Source: Candidatus Bathyarchaeota archaeon (GTDB lineage: Archaea; Thermoproteota; CALKCG01; B24; DRYS01). From it: DNA of 64,000 nucleotides. The position numbers and the translations under genes are program-made. Location: contig JAGTQC010000002.1 in the NCBI GenBank assembly GCA_018396535.1, forward strand, positions 128,001-192,000, in the 5' to 3' direction. Below the pieces are notes generated by a model. The model was not told where the DNA came from, did no database searches, and was given only the letters and a program-made list of their open reading frames with translations. Of the stretch, positions 51,937-61,822 are shown piece after piece (position 1 is the first letter of the stretch; each line of letters begins with the position of its first letter).

Positions 51937-53119
51937 AACGATCAGCCTCCAATAACTTCAATCCTTCCGATACCACATCCTCGGTTAAAGCTGAATCTAG
52001 TGTACCAGTGAGTAGGTTTGAAACATACTCCCTAAATAGGTCTTCTATAGATGATGACCTGGTATGTCGAATAGTCTTCAACCCCTCCTCCCTAACCCTC
52101 TCTACATCTAGTATCCAGTGGAATACTTTGAATCTATTCATAACCTCCTCTATCGATGAAAAAGCTATATTCCGACTGCTTTTAATCCTGAGTTTTAGAC
52201 GAACGATAGCATCCTCTATACCTGGTGAGGCTTCCAATAACGATGTTAATAATTCGCTTATATCAACCTCATCCGATATGTAAGCATAGTCTTGTTTAGG
52301 TATACTCTTCATAGGTCTGCATGGGAGTTCTCTAAACATCCATCCCAGACCTCCCCCCTCTTCCTCGACTACGACAAATCCTTTAACATCATCCTCCTCA
52401 TCGAAGTTTACACGTTCTATAGATCCGGGGTAGACAGCATTCTTTGAGGGGGATTGATGCCTATGTATATGTCCGAGACATACGTAATCGAGATTCGAGA
52501 ATATGGATACAGGTACGGAGATTTCTCTAAGAACTATGGCTGGTATATCCTTTATGTAAGCTTCGTCTACGGTTAGGTGAGCTACTGCTATACTATAATC
52601 GTACCTATACTCCTCCTTCGCTATTAGATTCTTCACTAACCCCATGATCTTCAATCTAGATTCCTCCCAATCTATCGCAGAGGCCTGTACATACGGTATC
52701 ATAAAGAATTTCACTACCCTACCGCTTATACGCCCCTTCAAATATATGCATCCAGGCTCTTCTGCAAAGTAGAATAGGGGGGTACCTGCATCCGATAATG
52801 CTTTAAGGTATGATGGGGTATCCTCTGCTTTAGGTTTATCATGAGTCCCAGCTACGGCTATTACCGATATCCCTCTCGAAGCTAGACTATATACGAATCT
52901 TGCGAATAAATCTAGGAGGAGACTTGAAGGTTTAGCTGTATGGAATATATCTCCAGCGATAACTAGGAAATCGCATCCCGTTTCTAACGCATAGTTCTTA
53001 ATCCTATGTAGCTGATCTTCGAAATCCTTTAATCTAAACCTACGCTTAGATAACGGTAGCCCTACCGGCCATACGCCTAGGTGAAAATCAGCTGTGTGTA
53101 TGATTTTAAGTCTACCCAT
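51926..53119 (-). CDS. Mre11/SbcD-like nuclease
   Basis: HTADFHLG, AGDIFH, AGTHD, AHL, LGHIH, YPGSIER..F.E. Confidence 0.9.
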   Translation of the reverse strand: MGRLKIIHTADFHLGVWPVGLPLSKRRFRLKDFEDQLHRIKNYALETGCDFLVIAGDIFHTAKPSSLLLDLFARFVYSLASRGISVIAVAGTHDKPKAEDTPSYLKALSDAGTPLFYFAEEPGCIYLKGRISGRVVKFFMIPYVQASAIDWEESRLKIMGLVKNLIAKEEYRYDYSIAVAHLTVDEAYIKDIPAIVLREISVPVSIFSNLDYVCLGHIHRHQSPSKNAVYPGSIERVNFDEEDDVKGFVVVEEEGGGLGWMFRELPCRPMKSIPKQDYAYISDEVDISELLTSLLEASPGIEDAIVRLKLRIKSSRNIAFSSIEEVMNRFKVFHWILDVERVREEGLKTIRHTRSSSIEDLFREYVSNLLTGTLDSALTEDVVSEGLKLLEADRSED

Positions 53120-53285
53120 ACCCCGAGTACACTATACTATTAGTAGTTATAGACGGATATTATAGTTAGGGATAAGTTATACGTTTATAGAGTAGGTTTT
53201 ATGAGATCGTTCAAAGTTAACTAGAATAACATGAATTTTAGCTGTATACTGCTAGGAGGATTGCATATTCCACTACTACACGATT

Positions 53286-54074
53286 TTATCTACCGTATCT
53301 ACGCTCCCTCCTCTGGTAGGTTCTTATAGCTCTTAGTAGATCTATACGTCTAAATTCAGGCCAGTAGACATCTAGGAAGCATAACTCACTATATGCGCTC
53401 TGCCATAGCAGGAAGCCGCTAAGCCTCTCCTCACCACTCGTCCTTATTATAAGATCTGGATCCGGCTTAGGTAGATGCGATGTATATAGATGCTCCTCTA
53501 GTATCCTCTCATCTATATCCTCCGGTTTTAGTAAACCTTCGGCAACTTTGGTAGATATCCTCTTAACAGCATCGACTATCTCCAGTCTACCTCCGTATGC
53601 TATAGCTATGTTAAGCCATCTACTAGAATAATCCTTCGTAGACTCCTCTATAGCTTTCGCAAGCTTAGATAAATCATCCGGGAGTAGATCTAGTCTACCT
53701 ATGAACTTAACCCTAACCATATTCCTATGTATATTTTCATCATCTAAAAGCTTCTCTAAATACCTTCTGAATATGGACATGAGATTCTCAACTTCCTCAC
53801 GAGGTCTATGAAAGTTCTCGGTAGAAAAGACGAAGAGTGTAAGTATAGGTACGCCCAATTCTAGACACCATTTCAGTAAGTCTTCAACCTTCCTCGCACC
53901 GTACTCATGCCCAATCCAGGGGGGTAACCCCCTACTTCTAGCCCACCTCCTATTCCCATCGAGTATTAGAGCTACATGCTGTGGGATAGATCCATTCCTA
54001 ACCTGACGGTAGAGCCACCACTCATACAATCTATAAATACCTAACAACCTCAGTAGCGTAGCTATTATAGCCAT
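53286..54074 (-). CDS. uppS: cis-prenyltransferase (polyprenyl diphosphate synthase)
   Basis: HVALILDGNRRWA, FSTENF.R, YGGR.EI, IRTSGE.RLSGFLLWQ.AY.E. Confidence 0.95.
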   Translation of the reverse strand: MAIIATLLRLLGIYRLYEWWLYRQVRNGSIPQHVALILDGNRRWARSRGLPPWIGHEYGARKVEDLLKWCLELGVPILTLFVFSTENFHRPREEVENLMSIFRRYLEKLLDDENIHRNMVRVKFIGRLDLLPDDLSKLAKAIEESTKDYSSRWLNIAIAYGGRLEIVDAVKRISTKVAEGLLKPEDIDERILEEHLYTSHLPKPDPDLIIRTSGEERLSGFLLWQSAYSELCFLDVYWPEFRRIDLLRAIRTYQRRERRYGR

Positions 54075-54161
54075 ACACTATGAATCTGCTATACTCTAAA
54101 CCTAAATAGTTTAACAACGGTAAAATAATCCTAATTTATACCCTAGAATACTGAATAACTC

Positions 54162-55235
54162 TTGTATCGAGGAGTGAGAAGCTTGGGTGTGGGTATAGTA
54201 GGTTATGGTGTGTACGTACCGATATGGAGAATAAAGGTTGATGAAATAGCGAGAGTATGGGGGCATGATCCTAACGTATACCGTGAAGGGCTGGGGGTAG
54301 AGGAGAAATCTGTTCCATCAATCGATGAGGATACAGTTACGATAGCTGTAGAAGCCGCTAGGAATGCTTTAAAGAGAGCTCCAGAAGTATCGCCAAATAG
54401 TATAGGCGCTATCTATGTAGGATCAGAATCACATCCATATGCAGTTAAACCTACGGCTGCAACAGTAGCTGAAGCTATAGGAGCTACACCATCCTTAACT
54501 GCAGCAGATACAGAATTCGCTTGTAAAGCTGCTACAGCTGCTCTACAAGCATGTCTAGGCTTAGTCTCTTCAGGATATATAGATTACGGTATGTCTATAG
54601 GTGCTGATACAGCTCAAGCAAGCCCTATGGATGCGTTAGAATATACTGCTGCAGCAGGCGGAGCGGCTTACATAATCGGTAGGAGGGAGGTTATCGCGGA
54701 GGTAGAATGCACCTACTCGTATACACAGGATGTGCCAGATTTCTGGCGTAGGGATGGGGATGTCTATCCTAGGCATGCAGGTAGGTTTACAGGTGAACCA
54801 GGATATTTTGAACATGTAGTTAAATGTACCTTAGGCTTAATGGAGAAGGCTGGGTTGAAGCCATCCGACTTCGACTATGCTGTTTTCCATCAGCCTAACG
54901 CTAAGTATCCGCTTAGAGCTGCTACTATGATAGGTATACCATTGGATAAGGTTAAACCAGGTCTCGTAGTTCAATGGATAGGAAACACGTACTCTGGATC
55001 TAGCCTCATAGGATTAGCAGCTATCCTAGATATAGCTAAACCTGGTCAGAGAATACTTATGACATCATATGGATCTGGAGCTGGATCTGATAGCTTTAGT
55101 CTTCTAGTAACGGATGTTATAGAGGAGAAGAGAAGGCTTGCACCCCCTGTACGATACTATCTGGATAGGAGGAAGTACATAGATTATGCAGCATATATAA
55201 AGCTTAGACGTATGTTTAAAGGGGTGGAGTACTAA
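54162..55235 (+). CDS. Archaeal HMG-CoA synthase
   Basis: [44 protein letters not shown]. Confidence 0.93.
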   Translation: MYRGVRSLGVGIVGYGVYVPIWRIKVDEIARVWGHDPNVYREGLGVEEKSVPSIDEDTVTIAVEAARNALKRAPEVSPNSIGAIYVGSESHPYAVKPTAATVAEAIGATPSLTAADTEFACKAATAALQACLGLVSSGYIDYGMSIGADTAQASPMDALEYTAAAGGAAYIIGRREVIAEVECTYSYTQDVPDFWRRDGDVYPRHAGRFTGEPGYFEHVVKCTLGLMEKAGLKPSDFDYAVFHQPNAKYPLRAATMIGIPLDKVKPGLVVQWIGNTYSGSSLIGLAAILDIAKPGQRILMTSYGSGAGSDSFSLLVTDVIEEKRRLAPPVRYYLDRRKYIDYAAYIKLRRMFKGVEY

Positions 55236-56416
55236 TGGAGTTCCCCCTTTATAAGAAGAGAGATGTAGCTATAGTAGGTGTAGGTACATCTAAATTCGGT
55301 GAAAGATGGGATAAGAGTCTCAGAGAGCTGGCATGGGAGGCTGCCGTACCGGCTGTAGAAGATGCAGGTATACAGGGACGGGATATACAACTCGTAATAT
55401 TTGGTAACATGTCTGGAGGCTTATTCGCAGGACAGGAGCATGTAGGAGCCTTAATAGCTGATTTTCTAGGTTTAAACCCGACACCAGCTATAAGAGTTGA
55501 AGCTGCATGTGCATCTGGAGGTGTAGCCTTATTCCAAGGATATCTAGCCGTAGCCTCAGGTCTATACGATATCGTAGCTGTAGGAGGTATAGAGAAGATG
55601 ACGGATGCCCCTCCAGATAGAGCTACTTTAGCATTAGCAGGAGCTATGGATTCAGAATGGGAGGCATACTTCGGAGCAACCTTCCCAGGCCTATACGCGC
55701 TTATAGCTCAACGATATATGCATGAGTATAAGCTTTCTAGAGAAACCTTAGCGGAAGTCGCTGTAAAGAATCATTACCATGGAAGCATGAATCCACTCGC
55801 CCACTTCCAATTCAAGACGACGGTTGAACGCGTAATATCATCCCCATTAGTAGCAGATCCACTACGTAGGGATGATTGCTGCCCAATATCCGACGGAGCT
55901 GCATGCATGATATTAGTACCTGCTGAAAAGGCTAGAAGGTATACGGATACGCCTATCTATATCAAGGCATGTACAGTTGCCTCAGATAAACTAGCCTTAT
56001 TTGAACGTGAAGATATAACTACGCTAAGAGCTACGATCGAAGCTAGCAGGGAAGCCTATAGGATAGCTAAGCTATCGCCCGCAGATATAGATGTAATCGA
56101 AGTCCACGACTGCTTCACTATAGCAGAGATAATAGCGTTAGAGGATCTAGGATTCGTAAGAAAGGGTGATGCTGGTAGACTATATGAGGAGGGGGAGACT
56201 TATGTTGGTGGAAGACTACCGGTTAATACTGATGGGGGATTGAAAGCTGGTGGACATGCTGTTGGGGCTACAGGTGTTAAGCAGGTGATAGAGCTTGTGA
56301 AACAGTTAAGAGGCGAAGCTGAGAAGGGTAGACAAGTTTCGAATGCTGAATATGGATTAGCTCAGAATGTAGGCGGATCTGGAGCTACTGTAGTAGTAAC
56401 TATAGTCGGGAGGTGA
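55235..56416 (+). CDS. Acetoacetyl-CoA thiolase
   Basis: EAACASGG, GIEKM, EVHDCF, GGL..GGHAVGATG, NVGG. Confidence 0.93.
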   Translation: MEFPLYKKRDVAIVGVGTSKFGERWDKSLRELAWEAAVPAVEDAGIQGRDIQLVIFGNMSGGLFAGQEHVGALIADFLGLNPTPAIRVEAACASGGVALFQGYLAVASGLYDIVAVGGIEKMTDAPPDRATLALAGAMDSEWEAYFGATFPGLYALIAQRYMHEYKLSRETLAEVAVKNHYHGSMNPLAHFQFKTTVERVISSPLVADPLRRDDCCPISDGAACMILVPAEKARRYTDTPIYIKACTVASDKLALFEREDITTLRATIEASREAYRIAKLSPADIDVIEVHDCFTIAEIIALEDLGFVRKGDAGRLYEEGETYVGGRLPVNTDGGLKAGGHAVGATGVKQVIELVKQLRGEAEKGRQVSNAEYGLAQNVGGSGATVVVTIVGR

Positions 56417-56422
56417 TTATGT

Positions 56423-56887
56423 ATGTCTATGCTAGGTATTCCATCACATTGGAGGAGGAGGAAGGAAAGATATAGGCTTATAGGATCTAAATGCGAGGCA
56501 TGCGGCAAAGTATTCTTCCCTAGGAGGGAGATATGTCCTAATTGTAGGCGTAGAGGTAGGGTGATAGATGTAGAGCTACCTGGGAGGGGAAAAGTCTATA
56601 GTTATACTGTCATAAGAGTACCATCAGAGGGTTTTGAATATTATGCACCATACATAATAGCTATAGTAGAGCTTGAGAACGGTGTTAGAGTTATGAGCCA
56701 GATAGTTGATTGCAATCCAGAGGATGTATATATAGGTATGCCTGTCGAGGTATGCTTCAGAAGGATATTTAGTCAAGGCGATAAGGGGATAATAAGCTAC
56801 GGGTTTAAATTCAAGCCACTAGACGATAGCTGGATCAGATGCTATGAAGAAGAAGCTAAGATTAGCGTATCTGAGATGAAAGTATAA
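56423..56887 (+). CDS. DUF35 Zn-ribbon/OB-fold scaffold of the thiolase/HMG-CoA synthase complex
   Basis: C..CG..FFP.R..CP.C, G.VYSYTVI, YGFKF.P; canonical operon position. Confidence 0.9.
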   Translation: MSMLGIPSHWRRRKERYRLIGSKCEACGKVFFPRREICPNCRRRGRVIDVELPGRGKVYSYTVIRVPSEGFEYYAPYIIAIVELENGVRVMSQIVDCNPEDVYIGMPVEVCFRRIFSQGDKGIISYGFKFKPLDDSWIRCYEEEAKISVSEMKV

Positions 56888-56957
56888 GAAGCCCTGAATA
56901 TAACGCTCGGGAAAAACTAATCTCAACCCCTTTACCATATTTTTCTCCAGGGCTAAA

Positions 56958-57019
56958 GGCACCGGAGACGGGCGAACAGACCTTTACCAGGGATGATGAC
57001 TCCACCTAAAATAGGTGCC
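56958..57019 (+). ncRNA. Candidate K-turn-containing guide sRNA (H/ACA-like or C/D-like)
   Basis: GC-rich intergenic hairpin GGCACC/GGTGCC enclosing CAGA-CCT(TTACC)AGG-GAT-GATG, which fits a standard kink-turn; flanked by rRNA-complementary arms. Confidence 0.5.
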
Positions 57020-57032
57020 GGCTAAACCACCC

Positions 57033-58061
57033 CTACATTCTTAAAGATATTAACGCGATCCCACCGATTGCTATTTCAAACCATAGCATAACAATTCTTA
57101 TCATGAGCGTAGCTGCTACGCTAATAGCAGATGGTATACCGACTAAGGAATATAGAGCTGCCATAATAGTTTCGACCACACCAATCATCCCTGGTATACC
57201 GATCGGTATCATCTGAATGGTTATACCTATCGTATATATTGATATGATGATGGGTACTTCAATTGTGTATCTAAGTGAGAGAAAAACGAAGTATGCTACC
57301 ATTACATCTAAAATCCATGCTATCCACGATAAAGATATCGATAGGACGACTATCTTCTTCGTAGTAGTTATAAGTTTCATGGAATAGTCAAACTTATATA
57401 CAAAAACCTCTATCCTAGAGTATAGCTTTTCACTTTTACTCCCTATAAGTTTTAGGATAGGTTTTATTGTAGTAAAGATTATTTTTGGATATATTATCAT
57501 AACTAATGCTAGAAGGGAAAATATAGCAATAACTATAGCGATTTTAGAAAACATCTGGAATAACATAGATGTTAGTGTAAAGCTCATAGATAGGTACAGG
57601 AAGCCTATAATCGAGCCTAAAAGAAAAGGGAGAAGGGAGAAAATCCTATGGAGTAGTACTGTAGCAGACGCGATCTCGTATGAGCAACCGTATCTACGAT
57701 TTACGGTATATATCCTAAAAAGCTCCCCGCCTATGGAGGCTGTCGGTATAGCGAGATTAAGGAATATACTTCCTAGTATTATCTTTAGGGATGAAACGAA
57801 ATCTATAGGTGACCCTGTAGCTTTTAAGAGTATACGCCATGACTCTGAATATGCGGCTATTCCAAGTGTAACCGATATGAATGATGCAAGATATAGCATA
57901 GGATTTGCTGAAAATATATAGCCTATGGATAGTTTTATATCAGGATACGATGAAAAAAATAGTGTCAATAATATTAAACCTACTACCGTTAGCGATATTA
58001 ATTTTCTAAGTCTGAAGGCTATCCTAACCGATCCACCACCATTCATCTTAGGGTTAGACAA
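57033..58061 (-). CDS. Lysylphosphatidylglycerol-synthase TM / UPF0104 flippase-like protein
   Basis: P.ASIGGE.FR, IPIGIPGMIGVVE, multi-TM. Confidence 0.85.
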   Translation of the reverse strand: MSNPKMNGGGSVRIAFRLRKLISLTVVGLILLTLFFSSYPDIKLSIGYIFSANPMLYLASFISVTLGIAAYSESWRILLKATGSPIDFVSSLKIILGSIFLNLAIPTASIGGELFRIYTVNRRYGCSYEIASATVLLHRIFSLLPFLLGSIIGFLYLSMSFTLTSMLFQMFSKIAIVIAIFSLLALVMIIYPKIIFTTIKPILKLIGSKSEKLYSRIEVFVYKFDYSMKLITTTKKIVVLSISLSWIAWILDVMVAYFVFLSLRYTIEVPIIISIYTIGITIQMIPIGIPGMIGVVETIMAALYSLVGIPSAISVAATLMIRIVMLWFEIAIGGIALISLRM

Positions 58062-58069
58062 GCCTCAGT

Positions 58070-58774
58070 TCAGATCGTGAAAACATCTACTTTAAATCTT
58101 TCGTCTCTACGTCTATATGCTGTCTTAAGAAAACGTTCTACATCTTCATATGATTTATCGTATATGTGAGCACTATTTGAAAAGTCGAAGTATGCTCCTA
58201 CTTTTAATCCAAGCTTATCTGCTACCATCTTCTGAAGCTCTGTCATCGCTAGCATATTCATATGAGCTGCACGGAATAGATCTCTACTCCTCCATTCAGA
58301 TTGAAGTATTAAACTGTCGCCATAAACTTTAAACCATAACCTCTGTAAGCATGGAGGAGAATCTAGTGTTAAATCCTTAGATGGCATCCATGTTATCGCT
58401 TGCGCCCTCCTAGTATACGGAGTCTTATGGAGCTTCTCTACTATGAAATCTATCTGGTTAATACCTTCAGATCCATACCTAAATAGCCGTTCATGATATG
58501 TATAAGCAAGCTTCCCAGTAGCTATCATTGAATCTAAACTACCCTCTAATACCTCCCGTATATAGCTCTTTAGACCTAAAGTTGCGTACACGTCCCCGGG
58601 ATGTATACGCGGCTCTGAGAATGGATCTTCAACTATCATCAACAACGTAGACTCCCTTGCTTTACAACCATACTCCGTATCCGTCTCAAATCCATTGCGA
58701 TATACCACTTCGACAGACATCTCCCAAACTTCAGCGATACACCTACCACGGACCACTACAAATGGCGGTCTCAT
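58070..58774 (-). CDS. thyA: Archaeal thymidylate synthase family
   Basis: YTYHERL, TRRAQAITW, PPCLQ, WRSRD, SAHIY. Confidence 0.85.
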   Translation of the reverse strand: MRPPFVVVRGRCIAEVWEMSVEVVYRNGFETDTEYGCKARESTLLMIVEDPFSEPRIHPGDVYATLGLKSYIREVLEGSLDSMIATGKLAYTYHERLFRYGSEGINQIDFIVEKLHKTPYTRRAQAITWMPSKDLTLDSPPCLQRLWFKVYGDSLILQSEWRSRDLFRAAHMNMLAMTELQKMVADKLGLKVGAYFDFSNSAHIYDKSYEDVERFLKTAYRRRDERFKVDVFTI

Positions 58775-58964
58775 ATCATCGGAAACTATATTAGTCAGAT
58801 TTCAAATGTAAATAAAGGTTTACGGCATGAAGACCTAAACCAAATCCAAGTAGCTATAGTATGTTTCAAAAGGAATAGTATTACGGATGATCAGATGCTA
58901 GCACTTACCATAGGAATATTATAAATACGACATTTACAGAGCCATATACCACGATTTCTAGGCG

Positions 58965-60011
58965 TTGAAGATTATTAAGCTTAGAAGACCTATATCCGCT
59001 GGCATAATACTAACATATAAATGTACTAGTGAATGTAAGCATTGTATGTATGCGTGCTCACCTAGAAGAGAGAATGTATGGATGAATAAACATTTATTCG
59101 AATTCATAGTTGAGAGGATAACGTCTATAACATCTCACGTATATAGGGGTACTAGGAATAGAATTCACGGTATTAACTACGGGTTTCATCTAACTGGCGG
59201 TGAGCCATTTATAAACTTCCAGCTACTATCTTCATACGTTAAGTCGGCATCCAATATAGGGCTGCCGTCTATGTTTGTAGAAACAAACTGCTTCTGGTGT
59301 AACTCTGATAATGATGTGGTAGATAGACTTACGATACTTAGGAGGACCGGTCTACACGGTATACTGATAAGCGTTAATCCATTTATGCTTGAATACGTAG
59401 ATTTCAGGAATGTAAAAAGATGTCTTAGAATAGCTTTAAACATCTTCGGCTCCAGTAATACTATGGTATATCATCCATACTTTTATAAACAAGCTGAGAA
59501 TATGAATATTGAAGGAAAGATGGCTTTCGATGAGTATCTCAGGATAGCATTATCTAAGGGCTATAGTTTAACCGATATATTCAATCCATATATACTACTT
59601 CCCATGGGGCGTTTATGCTATCAACTAAATAGATTCTATGATAGAAAGGATGCTAAATTCTATATTGGAGAGGAATGTCTAGATGAACTTACTAGGCCTT
59701 GGCATATACATATGGATTGCTATGGCAACTATATACCAGGATATTGTAGCGGTATATCCATAGGGAGCGTATGGAGTATCAACGAGATGATAGAAGTCGG
59801 AGTTGATCTATCAGATAAACCAGTTATCGAAGCGTTATCGAAAGGCATAGGAGAACTCTATAGACTTGCTATCGAAGGATACGGATATAAGCCTCTTAAT
59901 GAAGGATATATCTCAAAATGCCACTTATGCTTAGATATAAGGAGATACCTAGCCCTAGATGTCGGTGGATTTAAAGATTTACAACCAGTGGAATTCTATG
60001 AATATCTATGA
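58965..60011 (+). CDS. Radical SAM protein
   Basis: CTSECKHC, TGGEPF, ETNC.W, C-terminal CHLC. Confidence 0.88.
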   Translation: MKIIKLRRPISAGIILTYKCTSECKHCMYACSPRRENVWMNKHLFEFIVERITSITSHVYRGTRNRIHGINYGFHLTGGEPFINFQLLSSYVKSASNIGLPSMFVETNCFWCNSDNDVVDRLTILRRTGLHGILISVNPFMLEYVDFRNVKRCLRIALNIFGSSNTMVYHPYFYKQAENMNIEGKMAFDEYLRIALSKGYSLTDIFNPYILLPMGRLCYQLNRFYDRKDAKFYIGEECLDELTRPWHIHMDCYGNYIPGYCSGISIGSVWSINEMIEVGVDLSDKPVIEALSKGIGELYRLAIEGYGYKPLNEGYISKCHLCLDIRRYLALDVGGFKDLQPVEFYEYL

Positions 60012-60151
60012 CCTTACCTGTTTATTCCGTCCTTAAGGGATACTACGCCATGGTTATATAGCTCTGGAGTTCATGGTATACTAATACTATATACGATATA
60101 TAGCCAATATTATTACTTTAGTATTTAGGTATATTTATACTTAGGATTAAT

Positions 60152-60730
60152 ATGTCTTACCAAGATAAAACTATAAGGTATTTCGATAAACCTGGCCCGC
60201 ATAATACGAACGCTACATTAGAGGCTATTAAGGGGAGAATGATGGCTTTAGGTATCAAACACATAGTAGTCGCCTCCACTTATGGAAGTACAGCTTTGAA
60301 AGCTATAGAGATGTTTAAGGATATGGATGTAGAGATAATTGTCGTCACTATATCTAAGAGTTTTGAGAAGGAGGGATGGGTTATGGATGAAGAAATCAGG
60401 AGAAAAATAGAGTCACTTGGTGCTAAAGTGTTGACGTGTACGCATGCGTTAGGGGATGATCTAGATTCTGCGTTTACAGATAAATTCGGTGGTAGATCGT
60501 ATAAACAGATAGTAGCTGATACACTTAGAAGATTTTCTCAAGGTATGAAAGTTGCAGTGGAGATAATCCTTATGGCTGCTGATGCAGGGCTTATACCTAT
60601 CGATAGAGATGTAGCAGCCGTAGCAGGTACGGATAGAGGCGCCGATACAGCGATAATAGCTAAACCGAGCTATTCCAGGAGATTTCTAGAATTCAAGGTT
60701 AAGGAGATAGTTGCCATGCCTAGTTGTTAA
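60152..60730 (+). CDS. COG1751 (pyruvate-kinase C-terminal-like) protein
   Basis: YFDKPG..NT, VVAST.G.TA, QGMKVAVEI..MAADAG, GADTA. Confidence 0.85.
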   Translation: MSYQDKTIRYFDKPGPHNTNATLEAIKGRMMALGIKHIVVASTYGSTALKAIEMFKDMDVEIIVVTISKSFEKEGWVMDEEIRRKIESLGAKVLTCTHALGDDLDSAFTDKFGGRSYKQIVADTLRRFSQGMKVAVEIILMAADAGLIPIDRDVAAVAGTDRGADTAIIAKPSYSRRFLEFKVKEIVAMPSC

Positions 60731-60752
60731 CGATAAAATAGAATGAATATCA

Positions 60753-61769
60753 TTAGAGGACTAGATCGATCTTCATACCGACATTTCTTTCTAAAGCTTT
60801 CCTATAAACGTAATCAGCTACTATCGCATCTTGTATAGCTAGACCTGTGGATACGAATACTGTTAACTCATCTCTAGATAGTCTTCCAGGCTTAATACCA
60901 GCTATAACTTCGCCTATCTCTCCAGCTATATCCTCTCTTCTAAGAATCCCAGTAGCTATCGGTACATTAACTTCTCCACTATGGATTGCTTGAATTAAAT
61001 CATCTACGAAGATTCTCGCATCTCTAAGTATAGCTGGATCGAGCTCTTGTTTACCAGGTGCATCAGCACCTATACAATTAATATGTACACCATGCTTAAC
61101 CCATAATCTATCGATTATAGGTCTACGAGAGGGTGTAGCTGTAACTATGATATCTGCGCCTTCCACTGCTTCTCTAACAGTCTGTGCGGATTTAACTACA
61201 GTTACACGCTCCCTAAATTTTGAAGCTAGAGCTTCAGATGCTTCAGTACGTATATCGTATATTCTCAGCTCTTCTATTTCCCTAGAGATTTGTAATATAG
61301 CTTCGATCTGCCCGTACCCTTGTCTTCCAGCCCCTACGATAGCGAGTATATGAGCGTCTGATGGAGCGAGCCATCTAACAGCTACAGCTCCAGCGGCTGA
61401 TGTACGTATGAATGTTATCCATGTACCATCCATAATAGCTAGAGGCCACCCGGTTTCCCTATCCAATACTGTTATAGTTGCGAGAACAGTAGGTAACCCT
61501 CTAGTAGATGGGTTAAATGGATAAACTGTAACTATCTTAACTGCTAATATACCTTTATCCTGTATATAGCATGGCATAACTCTTAGATCACCGTTATACT
61601 CTGGAAGATCTAGATATGTTTTGGGAGGCATTCTAACTTTTCCTAGAGCTTTAAGCTTGAATACTTCTTCTACTAGAGGTATAGCCTCCTTTATAGATAT
61701 GATCCTCTCTATCTCTCTACCTGTAAGTAGAAGTGTACCTCTATTTATCATCCATCTATAGGGATACAT
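60753..61769 (-). CDS. ala: Alanine dehydrogenase (ornithine cyclodeaminase/mu-crystallin family)
   Basis: MPPK.YL, GDLRVMP, RT.AAG, IGADAPGKQELD, STGLAIQD. Confidence 0.8.
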   Translation of the reverse strand: MYPYRWMINRGTLLLTGREIERIISIKEAIPLVEEVFKLKALGKVRMPPKTYLDLPEYNGDLRVMPCYIQDKGILAVKIVTVYPFNPSTRGLPTVLATITVLDRETGWPLAIMDGTWITFIRTSAAGAVAVRWLAPSDAHILAIVGAGRQGYGQIEAILQISREIEELRIYDIRTEASEALASKFRERVTVVKSAQTVREAVEGADIIVTATPSRRPIIDRLWVKHGVHINCIGADAPGKQELDPAILRDARIFVDDLIQAIHSGEVNVPIATGILRREDIAGEIGEVIAGIKPGRLSRDELTVFVSTGLAIQDAIVADYVYRKALERNVGMKIDLVL

Positions 61770-61822
61770 TATCCTTAATGAATTATTTATATTTAGTTTT
61801 TTCTTAAAATATTGCTAGGTGT

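Noticed and set aside
56960-57006. Fluoride riboswitch or SECIS interpretation of GATGACTCC
   Set aside because: It lacks the 5' GGCGATGG..CGCC half, lies between convergent gene ends, and the flanking genes have no in-frame UGA.
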